In this document: positions 1 through 7,029 of the stretch, piece by piece | Layout: each line of letters begins with the position of its first letter | Position numbering within the stretch: the first letter of the stretch is position 1 | NCBI GenBank assembly: GCA_041640575.1 | Contig: JBEPZZ010000017.1 | Coordinates: 17,080 to 33,617 of the forward strand | Source: Pseudothermotoga sp. | GTDB lineage: Bacteria; Thermotogota; Thermotogae; Thermotogales; DSM-5069 | Direction: 5' to 3' | DNA length: 16,538 nt | Position numbers and translations under genes: made by a program | The notes under the pieces: model-generated | Database searches by the model: none | What the model saw: the letters and a program-made list of their open reading frames with translations, nothing else | What the model was told of the DNA's origin: nothing

Positions 1-443
1 GCGACCTTCTGGCCTCGCCTTGGCAAAATTTCTCTCTGATTTGTGATTGGATTTTCGGCTTCCCAGTCCGCCACAAATCTTTCCAAACGTCCAATCGCAA
101 CTGGTTCTGAGCCAGGAATTTTTCCAACTACGCATTCTGCCTCGCATTGTGTTTCTTGCGGGCAGACTCTACCACAAATCGCCGGCAAATTGTTTTGTTT
201 TTTCAGAATTCTCGCAGCATCGTCAAATCTTCCCTCTTTTACTTTTGCAATGAACCCCGGAATATCTATTCCAACTGGGCAACCTTTCACACACGGATGA
301 GTTGGACATTGAAGGCATCTCTTGGCCTCGGTCATTGCTTCCTCATCTGTGTAACCAAGAGAAACTTCGCTGAAACAAGAAATTCTATCTTGCACTTCTA
401 GTTCTCGCATCTTAGTTTTTTTCGGGAAAGGTTTCACAGCCAT
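1..443 (-). CDS. nfnB: NfnB / GltD-like large subunit of NADH-dependent reduced ferredoxin:NADP+ oxidoreductase (often auto-annotated as NADPH glutamate synthase small subunit); 5' part only, runs off the window
   Basis: Not in the ORF track because it is truncated. Manual translation from ATG at 443: MAVKPFPKKTKMRELEVQDRISCFSEVSLGYTDEEAMTEAKRCLQCPTHPCVKGCPVGIDIPGFI...NNLPAICGRVCPQETQCEAECVVGKIPGSEPVAIGRLERFVADWE...QKVA. It has the two [4Fe-4S] cysteine clusters of the GltD/SudA/NfnB family. The start overlaps the end of nfnA by 10 nt, with an AGGTGA RBS upstream. Confidence 0.88.
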   Translation of the reverse strand, partial: MAVKPFPKKTKMRELEVQDRISCFSEVSLGYTDEEAMTEAKRCLQCPTHPCVKGCPVGIDIPGFIAKVKEGRFDDAARILKKQNNLPAICGRVCPQETQCEAECVVGKIPGSEPVAIGRLERFVADWEAENPITNQREILPRRGQKV

Positions 444-1273
444 GAGAGATCACCTGCCGTCTTCTTGAATTCCTCGAGCGCTATTTCTTCTTCGTTGCGA
501 TATTGTTGCATTCTTTTCAGCAATTCATCCCATTCTACTTTTGTTCCGTCAAATTCCGGACCATCGACGCATGCAAATTTAATCTTGCCATCTACCGTTA
601 CTCTGCATGCGCCACACATTCCCGTTCCGTCAACCATAATGGGGTTCAAAGATACTATGATTTTCAATCCAGTTTCCATTGCTTTCAAGCTACAAAATTT
701 CATCATAATTGTGGGCCCCACAGCCCAAGCAATACCGGGTCTGTGTTTCTGCACCACTATTTCCATGCCATCTGTTACAACACCTTTTATTCCCCAAGAT
801 CCATCATCAGTCGTAATCAGAATATCATCAGCATATGCAGCAATCTCATCCTTGAGTATGACTTGTTCCTTTGTTCTTCCTCCCAATACAGCAAAAACTT
901 TGTTACCCTTGCTTTTCAAAGCCTTTGCAATCGGAAGCAGTGTAGCTATTCCAACACCGCCTCCAACGAGCAGAACACTTCCGTAATAATCAATTTCGGT
1001 AGGCTTTCCAAGTGGCCCAACAACGTCGCATAGTATATCGCGTTCTTTCCTTAAAGCAAGTTCCGCAGTGCTTTTTCCAACAACTTTCATAACTATTCGA
1101 ATGTGACTGCCATAACTATCTGCAATAGTCAAAGGAATGCGTTCTCCTTTTTCTGTAACTCTAACAATAATGAACTGGCCCGGTTGGGCTCTTTTTGCTA
1201 TTTCTCCATTTTCAATAACAAAATCATAGACACCAGGAGCGAGTTTAACTTTTTTCACGATCTCATTGAGCAA
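434..1273 (-). CDS. nfnA: NfnA / SudB-like FAD and [2Fe-2S] small subunit (ferredoxin-NADP reductase family)
   Basis: Motifs PGQFIIVR, ERIPLTIAD, VGKST, GPLG, GGGVG, VGPTIMMK and C-terminal MVDGTGMCGACRV...FACVDGPEF (Asp/Cys3 [2Fe-2S] site). TTG start with GGAGGTG RBS at 1281-1287. Coupled to the GltD-like gene downstream. Confidence 0.9.
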   Translation of the reverse strand: MLNEIVKKVKLAPGVYDFVIENGEIAKRAQPGQFIIVRVTEKGERIPLTIADSYGSHIRIVMKVVGKSTAELALRKERDILCDVVGPLGKPTEIDYYGSVLLVGGGVGIATLLPIAKALKSKGNKVFAVLGGRTKEQVILKDEIAAYADDILITTDDGSWGIKGVVTDGMEIVVQKHRPGIAWAVGPTIMMKFCSLKAMETGLKIIVSLNPIMVDGTGMCGACRVTVDGKIKFACVDGPEFDGTKVEWDELLKRMQQYRNEEEIALEEFKKTAGDLSWL

Positions 1274-1534
1274 CTCTTTTCACCTCCACACTTATTAAAT
1301 CATTCCCTGCGTTAAAACGATAAAAATTGGTCATTTCAATCTTGCCTTATTTCATTAAAAATTATTTTCGCCTTTCAGCACTTTTGGAAGATTATTTATC
1401 ATCTTTTTACTCAGTCCTTTTTTTTGCAACATCCTTCAAAATGATTCTAAAGTTGAACTATCATAAACATCTTTGTTTCGAGACGTTTCCATCGATTTCA
1501 CTTTTATTTAACGGTAACAATATAGCATCTTTTT

Positions 1535-1613
1535 GGACAGCAACCCCCCTATCCCCCCTTGGATGGAACCAAGCTGCCCGAGGAGCTGCTTATGCAGCTC
1601 CTTATTTCATTTT
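1535..1613 (+). ncRNA. Candidate small RNA with a C-rich single-stranded region (putative; 5' end uncertain)
   Basis: GC-rich island in an AT-rich intergenic region. GGACAGC (1535-1541) can pair with GCTGCCC (1573-1579) with one A-C mismatch. This encloses AACCCCCCTATCCCCCC and a small TTGG-atggaa-CCAA hairpin, and is followed by a terminator facing the + strand although no + strand gene precedes it. Confidence 0.35.
1581..1613 (+). terminator. Rho-independent terminator hairpin
   Basis: Perfect 9-bp stem AGGAGCTGC (1581-1589), loop TTAT, GCAGCTCCT (1594-1602), then T-rich TATTTCATTTT on the + strand. On the - strand it lies 4 nt after the stop at 1607 but has no U-tract there. It may still protect or end the minus-strand transcript. 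Confidence 0.65.
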
Positions 1614-2236
1614 GGGATATAGAGTGTGAAATCCGTTTCGATGTTGTTTACCCTCGAATCGCGCCAGGTTACAACTTTTGTCGGATGTTGCTTTGTTCCG
1701 ACACCGTATACAAGAAAAACAACCATTCCCGGTTTCCCTATGACTATCGAACAATCACGAGGTATAATGACTGAATACTGTGTTTTGATAGATGGTTCTT
1801 TAAAATAGTAGAATTTGTACGGTGCCAGCCCGGGCTTCAGCTCCCGTGAAAAATAAATTGTCTGACCCTTTTGAAAGGTAACCCAAACGTTATCTTGACC
1901 CATTACAAACAATTGGATGTACCCAGTTGTGGGGTCATCGTAAATAGATTCAATTATTCTCTCAAGGTCTACACTTGTATTTGACAAAAAATTCGCTGAT
2001 GCGATGAATTTTTCGAATACACCACCCTGACCATAGAGGCTTTCCAATTTTGACACTTTGTCCTCGAGAGCTTTTAACTTGTTTTCCAAATTTCTGATTC
2101 CGAGTTTGTATTCTTCCTTGACTTTATCATAGTAGATCAGCGAAAATAGAGAAACTATAGAGCCTGCTATTAACCAAAAGAAGAACAATAAAACCAAAAA
2201 GGTGGTCAGTAGTTCTCTTTTCTTCTTTGTTGGCAC
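1607..2236 (-). CDS. Membrane-anchored protein with coiled coil and probable RodZ C-terminal-like (DUF4115) domain
   Basis: GTG start with GGAGGTG RBS at 2242-2248. Basic N-terminus KKKR, one transmembrane helix, coiled coil (LENKLKALEDKVSKLE), then beta-rich DNVWVTFQKGQTIYFSRELKPG...IVIGKPGMV, which resembles the recalled DUF4115 pattern. Overlaps the end of rodA. Confidence 0.6.
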   Translation of the reverse strand: MPTKKKRELLTTFLVLLFFFWLIAGSIVSLFSLIYYDKVKEEYKLGIRNLENKLKALEDKVSKLESLYGQGGVFEKFIASANFLSNTSVDLERIIESIYDDPTTGYIQLFVMGQDNVWVTFQKGQTIYFSRELKPGLAPYKFYYFKEPSIKTQYSVIIPRDCSIVIGKPGMVVFLVYGVGTKQHPTKVVTWRDSRVNNIETDFTLYIPK

Positions 2237-3321
2237 TTTTTCACCTCCATCTCAACACCACTCTTGCCAACTGCGTAGGACTTCATTACCAAACCAAGTT
2301 GTATACAAAATGATAAAGTGGAAGATCCGCCATAACTTATAAAGGGCAGAGGGATACCAGTCACCGGTACAAGGCCCATTGTCATACCAATGTTAATAAA
2401 AACATGTATGACAAAATTAAACAATACTCCAACACCAACAAGGGCCCAGAATTCATCTTTAGATAATCTTATAATATGCAAAATTCTCAAGCTCATGAGC
2501 ATGTACAAAATTATACACAACGAAGCCCCAACAAAACCGAATTGTTCACCAATGGCAGAAAATACAAAGTCTGTGTGGTTTTTTGGTACATACTTCCATC
2601 TGGTACCAGGAGCCTTCAGATAACCTCGACCGAGAATCCCACCTGAACCTATCACATGTATAGACTGAAGAACATTGTATGCTGCAGATTGTTTATGGCC
2701 TTGCGGATTTAGGAATGATAGGATCCTTTCTCTCTGATATGTCTTCAAACCAAAAAAGTATACGAATATTGCTATAGCTACAATAATGAGAATAACTACA
2801 AAAACGGACCTAACTGAATGCTTTGAAAAGATGAGCATCGTAAACCATATTGACACTAAGAGAACAGCAGTCCCCAAATCTGGTTCCACAGCAACTAAAA
2901 CAGCAAAAAGTCCAACCGCAGCAGCTAATATGAACAATTTTGCTTTTGACCTAGCGAGAAGTAAATATGCTGAAAGAAGAATAAGAGCAACTTTCGCAAG
3001 TTCCGACGGTTGAAAATAACCAATTCCTAAGGAAAACCATCGACGTGCCCCACCTGAAATCGTTCCAAAGATCAGAACAGCAACAAGTAAAACTAGAACA
3101 GAACCATATAAAGGCCAGATGAACCTTCGTATATCTCTCTCTCTGATCAAAACTGTGAGAAATAGTACCATTAAGCCTACAATATCCCATATAACTTGCT
3201 TTTTTACATAACTCATCCCATAGTCTGACGTCGTACTGTAAAGTGCTATAAGTCCAAGAATCATTATTACAGCAGTAAGTAATGGTACTACAAAGTCAAT
3301 GCGTTTGTTTTCCCATGGCAT
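2206..3321 (-). CDS. rodA: Rod shape-determining protein RodA (SEDS family peptidoglycan glycosyltransferase)
   Basis: About 10 hydrophobic segments. Motifs GARRWF, FQPSELAK, EPDLGTA, YQRERI, YNVLQS..IGSGG, PKNHTDFVFS.IGEQFGF, GLVPVTGIPLPFISYGGSS. The YQxxRI and QS..IGSGG motifs and the absence of dcw context favour RodA over FtsW. Confidence 0.9.
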   Translation of the reverse strand: MPWENKRIDFVVPLLTAVIMILGLIALYSTTSDYGMSYVKKQVIWDIVGLMVLFLTVLIRERDIRRFIWPLYGSVLVLLVAVLIFGTISGGARRWFSLGIGYFQPSELAKVALILLSAYLLLARSKAKLFILAAAVGLFAVLVAVEPDLGTAVLLVSIWFTMLIFSKHSVRSVFVVILIIVAIAIFVYFFGLKTYQRERILSFLNPQGHKQSAAYNVLQSIHVIGSGGILGRGYLKAPGTRWKYVPKNHTDFVFSAIGEQFGFVGASLCIILYMLMSLRILHIIRLSKDEFWALVGVGVLFNFVIHVFINIGMTMGLVPVTGIPLPFISYGGSSTLSFCIQLGLVMKSYAVGKSGVEMEVKKCQQRRKENY

Positions 3322-4201
3322 CTTTGACTTTCTCCTTCATCTTGCAGAAAGAACAAATCTCATAAGGTGTTGGATACCCACAGATTTTGCAATTTCTGAG
3401 TTTTGGAGCCTGATCCACAATTAAGAGACTCACTTCCTGTAATCCATTATAGAAACGAAGTTTCGTACCAGGATGCCTAAGTTCTATTTCATTAAGCGCA
3501 TGTTTGTAGTGTAGGGAACTTGCTTGCTTAGAGTATTGACAGATCTCATCTGAGAAAGGTAATTTTTTTGTTAAGGCATAAACAAAAGTTTCTTTTTCAG
3601 TCAATAATACAAGCGGTTTCACCTTGCGGGAAAAACCTTTCTCAGTTGCTGGCAACACAGGTTTTTCTCTGCTCAAGTATTCCAGGTTCCAATTTAGCAG
3701 GTTCCCAAGAAGAAAGCTCACCTCATCGTCTAAGTTATGCCCCGTGACAAGCACAGTGAAACCGTTTTCCACAGCAATCTTGTTCATTATGTATCTTCTG
3801 ACAGTTCCACAAACAGAGCATACCGGTTTCCTTACGATTCTTGCGGCCACAGGTACCGTAAAACCTTCCAGAAAGTCCCTACTATCGACAGTAATGATTT
3901 TACTGCCAATCATGCTTGCAAAATCCTTCAATTTTGTCACATCAGTCTTCACTGTCCCCATATCTATATGTAAAGCCGTTACATCGTATCCAAGCCTTGT
4001 AAGCACATACCATGCTGCCATGCTGTCCTTACCACCAGAAACAGCAACAAGCAACTTGTCCTTTCTTTCAAACATCGAATATTTTCTTATGGTAATTTCA
4101 ACACGGTTCTCAAAATACTGATGAAAATGTTCCATGCAGTAAGCCGTATTATGATGCTTGAGATCGATGATCGCCAAATTTTCACATTTTCTGCACTTCA
4201 C
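3296..4201 (-). CDS. ttuA: tRNA 2-thiolation protein TtuA (TtcA/TtuA/Ncs6 PP-loop family)
   Basis: N-terminal Zn finger CRKC...CMEH, PP-loop SGGKDS, CSVC, TGHNLDD, a third Fe-S Cys in EICQY, and C-terminal Zn finger CKIC...CSFC. Two flanking Zn fingers are typical of TtuA/Ncs6 rather than TtcA. GTG start with AAGGTGA RBS. Confidence 0.82.
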   Translation of the reverse strand: MKCRKCENLAIIDLKHHNTAYCMEHFHQYFENRVEITIRKYSMFERKDKLLVAVSGGKDSMAAWYVLTRLGYDVTALHIDMGTVKTDVTKLKDFASMIGSKIITVDSRDFLEGFTVPVAARIVRKPVCSVCGTVRRYIMNKIAVENGFTVLVTGHNLDDEVSFLLGNLLNWNLEYLSREKPVLPATEKGFSRKVKPLVLLTEKETFVYALTKKLPFSDEICQYSKQASSLHYKHALNEIELRHPGTKLRFYNGLQEVSLLIVDQAPKLRNCKICGYPTPYEICSFCKMKEKVKDAMGKQTH

Positions 4202-4322
4202 ACTTGATCACCTTAAATCTTATTTTATCATCAGAAGATGGCAAAATTCTTGAGACCAAAAAGTCAGAATGATTTTAGATTTCGTTGTAAAATTATCTTG
4301 TCGATACTTGAAACCGAGGGTG

Positions 4323-5165
4323 ATGAAATTGCTAATTAACATAATTGGCACGAGTAAGGTTGCACTCTCACTAACAAAGATACTGCTGAAGCATTCATAT
4401 GAAGTTGGTTATGTGGTTTCAAGATCACGTGAAAGAGCTGTAATTTATTGTCAAAAACTCGGACAAGGTACACCGGTAGAGTACCATCAAAACTTTTTGC
4501 TAAGTGGGATAACATTTTTTGGTGTCCCTGACGATGTTCTCGATGAAATATACAAGACAATAAAAGATAAGATTGCTGATGGAACTCTGATACATTTCAG
4601 TGGTTTTAAGGCTTCTGAGGTTTTCTACGACGCTGACGAGCGAAATATAGGACGTGCTGTGCTCCATCCGAACCTTTCCTTTGCTGATCCTTCCGCAGTG
4701 GAAGCATACATAGATAAATGCTGCTTTGGAATCGAAGGAAATCCTAAAGGAATTGTACTGGCAGAAGAAATTGCTAGAACAATATCTAACTGTTATATCA
4801 AAATTCCACCGAATTGTAAACCAGCTTATCATTTGGCAGCAGTCATTGCCTCTAATTTTGTAGTTGGACTTGCATACTTGTCGGAAATAATTTATGAGAA
4901 GTACAAAATAGAGGGGTTTGAGAAGATAATACCAGCATTGATGCTCAATACCGTGACAAACATTTCGAAGCTTGGTGTGAAAAAATCCCTAACAGGCCCG
5001 GTAGCAAGAGGAGATTGGAAGGTAGTTGAAGCAGAAAAAGAGATATTCACAAGGACCTTTCCAGATTTTGCCAATCTTTATGATGCTATGGTGAATGTGC
5101 TTAAAAATTTGAGGGGGAGGAGTGAAAGTGCTGAACATACAAAGATTAATTGCAATGAAAGGTAA
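4323..5165 (+). CDS. Rossmann-like plus DUF2520 domain oxidoreductase (PanG-like putative ketopantoate reductase)
   Basis: Motifs VPDD, IHFSG, LHPNLSF, GIEG, KPAYHLAAVIASNF and LTGPVARGD are characteristic of DUF2520 proteins, and the gene is directly upstream of panB. Start moved from 4269 to ATG 4323 (or TTG 4329) because of the GAGGGTG RBS at 4316-4322. Confidence 0.8.
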   Translation: MKLLINIIGTSKVALSLTKILLKHSYEVGYVVSRSRERAVIYCQKLGQGTPVEYHQNFLLSGITFFGVPDDVLDEIYKTIKDKIADGTLIHFSGFKASEVFYDADERNIGRAVLHPNLSFADPSAVEAYIDKCCFGIEGNPKGIVLAEEIARTISNCYIKIPPNCKPAYHLAAVIASNFVVGLAYLSEIIYEKYKIEGFEKIIPALMLNTVTNISKLGVKKSLTGPVARGDWKVVEAEKEIFTRTFPDFANLYDAMVNVLKNLRGRSESAEHTKINCNER

Positions 5166-5925
5166 AGAACCAATAGTTATGATAACTGCTTATGACGCAC
5201 CGTTTGCAAGAATTGCCCATGAGGCTGGTGTTCATGTCATTTTAGTTGGTGATTCAGTCGCTAACAATGTTTTAGGCTATAAAGACACGTTGCCTGTAAC
5301 TATGGAAGATATGATAAGACACGTGCAAGCCGTGAGACGTGGCGCACCAGAAGCCTTTGTGGTGGCCGATATGCCCTTTTTGTCCTATCAGTGCTCTGAG
5401 GATGAAGCTGTTTCGAATGCTGGAAGATTTCTGAAGGAAGCCGGTGCAAATGCTGTGAAAATTGAAGGAGGATCATTCTTTGCTCCTCTTATCAAAAGAT
5501 TAGTCAGCTCCGGTATACCAGTTATGGGGCATCTGGGGCTAACACCGCAATCTATCAATATCTTTGGAGGATACAGGATTCAAGGAAAAGATGAAACAAG
5601 TGCACAAGTTTTGATCGATGAAGCAAAAGCAATAGAGAATGCCGGAGTTTTTGCAATTGTTTTGGAAATGGTTGTGGAAGAAACAGCCAAAGATATCACG
5701 GAGACTGTTAGTGTGCCAACGATAGGGATTGGGTCCGGGCGTTTTTGCGATGGCCAAGTTCTTGTCCTACATGATGTTTTAGGATTGAATCCGGATTTCC
5801 TTCCAAAATTTGCAAAACGCTATACAAATCTTTACGATCTGGCTCTTAACGCAGTGAAAGATTACGTTAGGGAAGTAAAATCAGGTGTATTTCCTTCAGA
5901 AGCAAACGTTTTCAAGAGGGGTTGA
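5128..5925 (+). CDS. panB: 3-methyl-2-oxobutanoate hydroxymethyltransferase
   Basis: Motifs MITAYD, ILVGDS, VVADMPFLSY, AVKIEGG, PVMGHLGLTPQ, PTIGIGSG..CDGQVLVLHD. The RBS GAGGGGGAGG (5111-5120) is better spaced to GTG 5128 than to GTG 5122. Confidence 0.96.
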   Translation: MLNIQRLIAMKGKEPIVMITAYDAPFARIAHEAGVHVILVGDSVANNVLGYKDTLPVTMEDMIRHVQAVRRGAPEAFVVADMPFLSYQCSEDEAVSNAGRFLKEAGANAVKIEGGSFFAPLIKRLVSSGIPVMGHLGLTPQSINIFGGYRIQGKDETSAQVLIDEAKAIENAGVFAIVLEMVVEETAKDITETVSVPTIGIGSGRFCDGQVLVLHDVLGLNPDFLPKFAKRYTNLYDLALNAVKDYVREVKSGVFPSEANVFKRG

Positions 5926-5928
5926 AAT

Positions 5929-7029
5929 ATGCGAAAAATTCTTCACACATCTGATTGGCATCTTGGAATAGAATCTTGGGTGGGTTCAAAGTCTGCTGAC
6001 AGGACTGAGGAACTGAGAGCTGCACTGGAGTTTCTTTTCGAACAAGCAAGAAAAGAAAAAGTTGATTTAATATTGGTAACAGGGGATGTCCTCCACAACA
6101 GAATAAATCCTAGATTTGAGGCATTGAACCTTCTAGCAAATGTTTTATCAGATTTTGCTTCTATAGCTCCAACAGTGTTAGTTATTGGAAACCATGATTG
6201 GCAAGGCTTGAGAGCTTGGAAAAATCTGAAAGTAGCAAATCTTTTCATTATTGATGAACTTGTTGTTGAGCCAATTCAAATAGGTGACTTTAACCTTTTT
6301 GCGATTCCTCATATGGATGTTCAAAGGCTTCTGGAATACAAGGACAACTTAGCTAGAGCCCAGGATATTTTGGATTGGGCTTTCGAAGAGATTAGGCAAA
6401 AGATCGAACCAAGCAAGCTGAATATACTGGCTGCCCATCTTATGGTAGAAGGCAGTGTTGAATCCGAAAAAGAAAACCATATTGAAGCTCAAATTAAAAT
6501 CGAGATGCTCCCAAGTAGTCTTGATTACGTAGCACTCGGGCATATACACCATCAAAGCCACTTATTCGAAGGTCCAACAGTTTATTATTCTGGCTCACCA
6601 ATTATGTTTGATTTCGGTGAAGAAAAAGAGACGAAAGGAGCTTTGCTTGTCGAATTCGACGGTCCACGCAAGACTGTTAGCAGGCTAATAACTCCTTACC
6701 AACGACTTAAAACTTTTCATCTAAAGGACTATTCTGGAAAGACCATCGATCAACTTTCGGTTGAATTAAAGAATTTCAATGGGTATGTGAGGCTTGTATT
6801 CGATTCTCCAGAATCAAACGAGGTCAGAAAGTACTTTATGGAAAACTTTGAATGTGTAAGAAAAATTGTTTTCAAAAATGAATTTGATTCAAAACAGACA
6901 AATTTTGAGATTAAGAAACTAAACCTGATCGAAATGTACAGGGAGTTCATAAAAGGACGTTTTGAAGGTTTCGAAGCAAAGATGGTATCTGTTGTCGAGG
7001 ACATTATGAAAGAGGTGCAACAACTTTGA
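5929..7029 (+). CDS. sbcD: SbcD / Mre11 nuclease subunit
   Basis: Metallophosphoesterase motifs HTSDWHLG, TGDV, GNHD, AAH, YVALGHIH, YSGSP..FDFGE. TTGA overlap with the Rad50-like gene. Confidence 0.93.
   Translation: MRKILHTSDWHLGIESWVGSKSADRTEELRAALEFLFEQARKEKVDLILVTGDVLHNRINPRFEALNLLANVLSDFASIAPTVLVIGNHDWQGLRAWKNLKVANLFIIDELVVEPIQIGDFNLFAIPHMDVQRLLEYKDNLARAQDILDWAFEEIRQKIEPSKLNILAAHLMVEGSVESEKENHIEAQIKIEMLPSSLDYVALGHIHHQSHLFEGPTVYYSGSPIMFDFGEEKETKGALLVEFDGPRKTVSRLITPYQRLKTFHLKDYSGKTIDQLSVELKNFNGYVRLVFDSPESNEVRKYFMENFECVRKIVFKNEFDSKQTNFEIKKLNLIEMYREFIKGRFEGFEAKMVSVVEDIMKEVQQL

Noticed and set aside
43..1033. Plus-strand ORFs of 68-176 aa over nfnAB, and similar antisense ORFs elsewhere (e.g. 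3624-4121, 12453-12869)
   Set aside because: They are shadows of well-supported genes on the opposite strand, with no RBS or recognisable motifs.
1327..1629. 100-aa plus-strand ORF ending near the terminator
   Set aside because: TTG start with no RBS, Phe/Leu/Ser-rich composition typical of AT-rich non-coding DNA, and the frame runs through the hairpin and stops beyond it.
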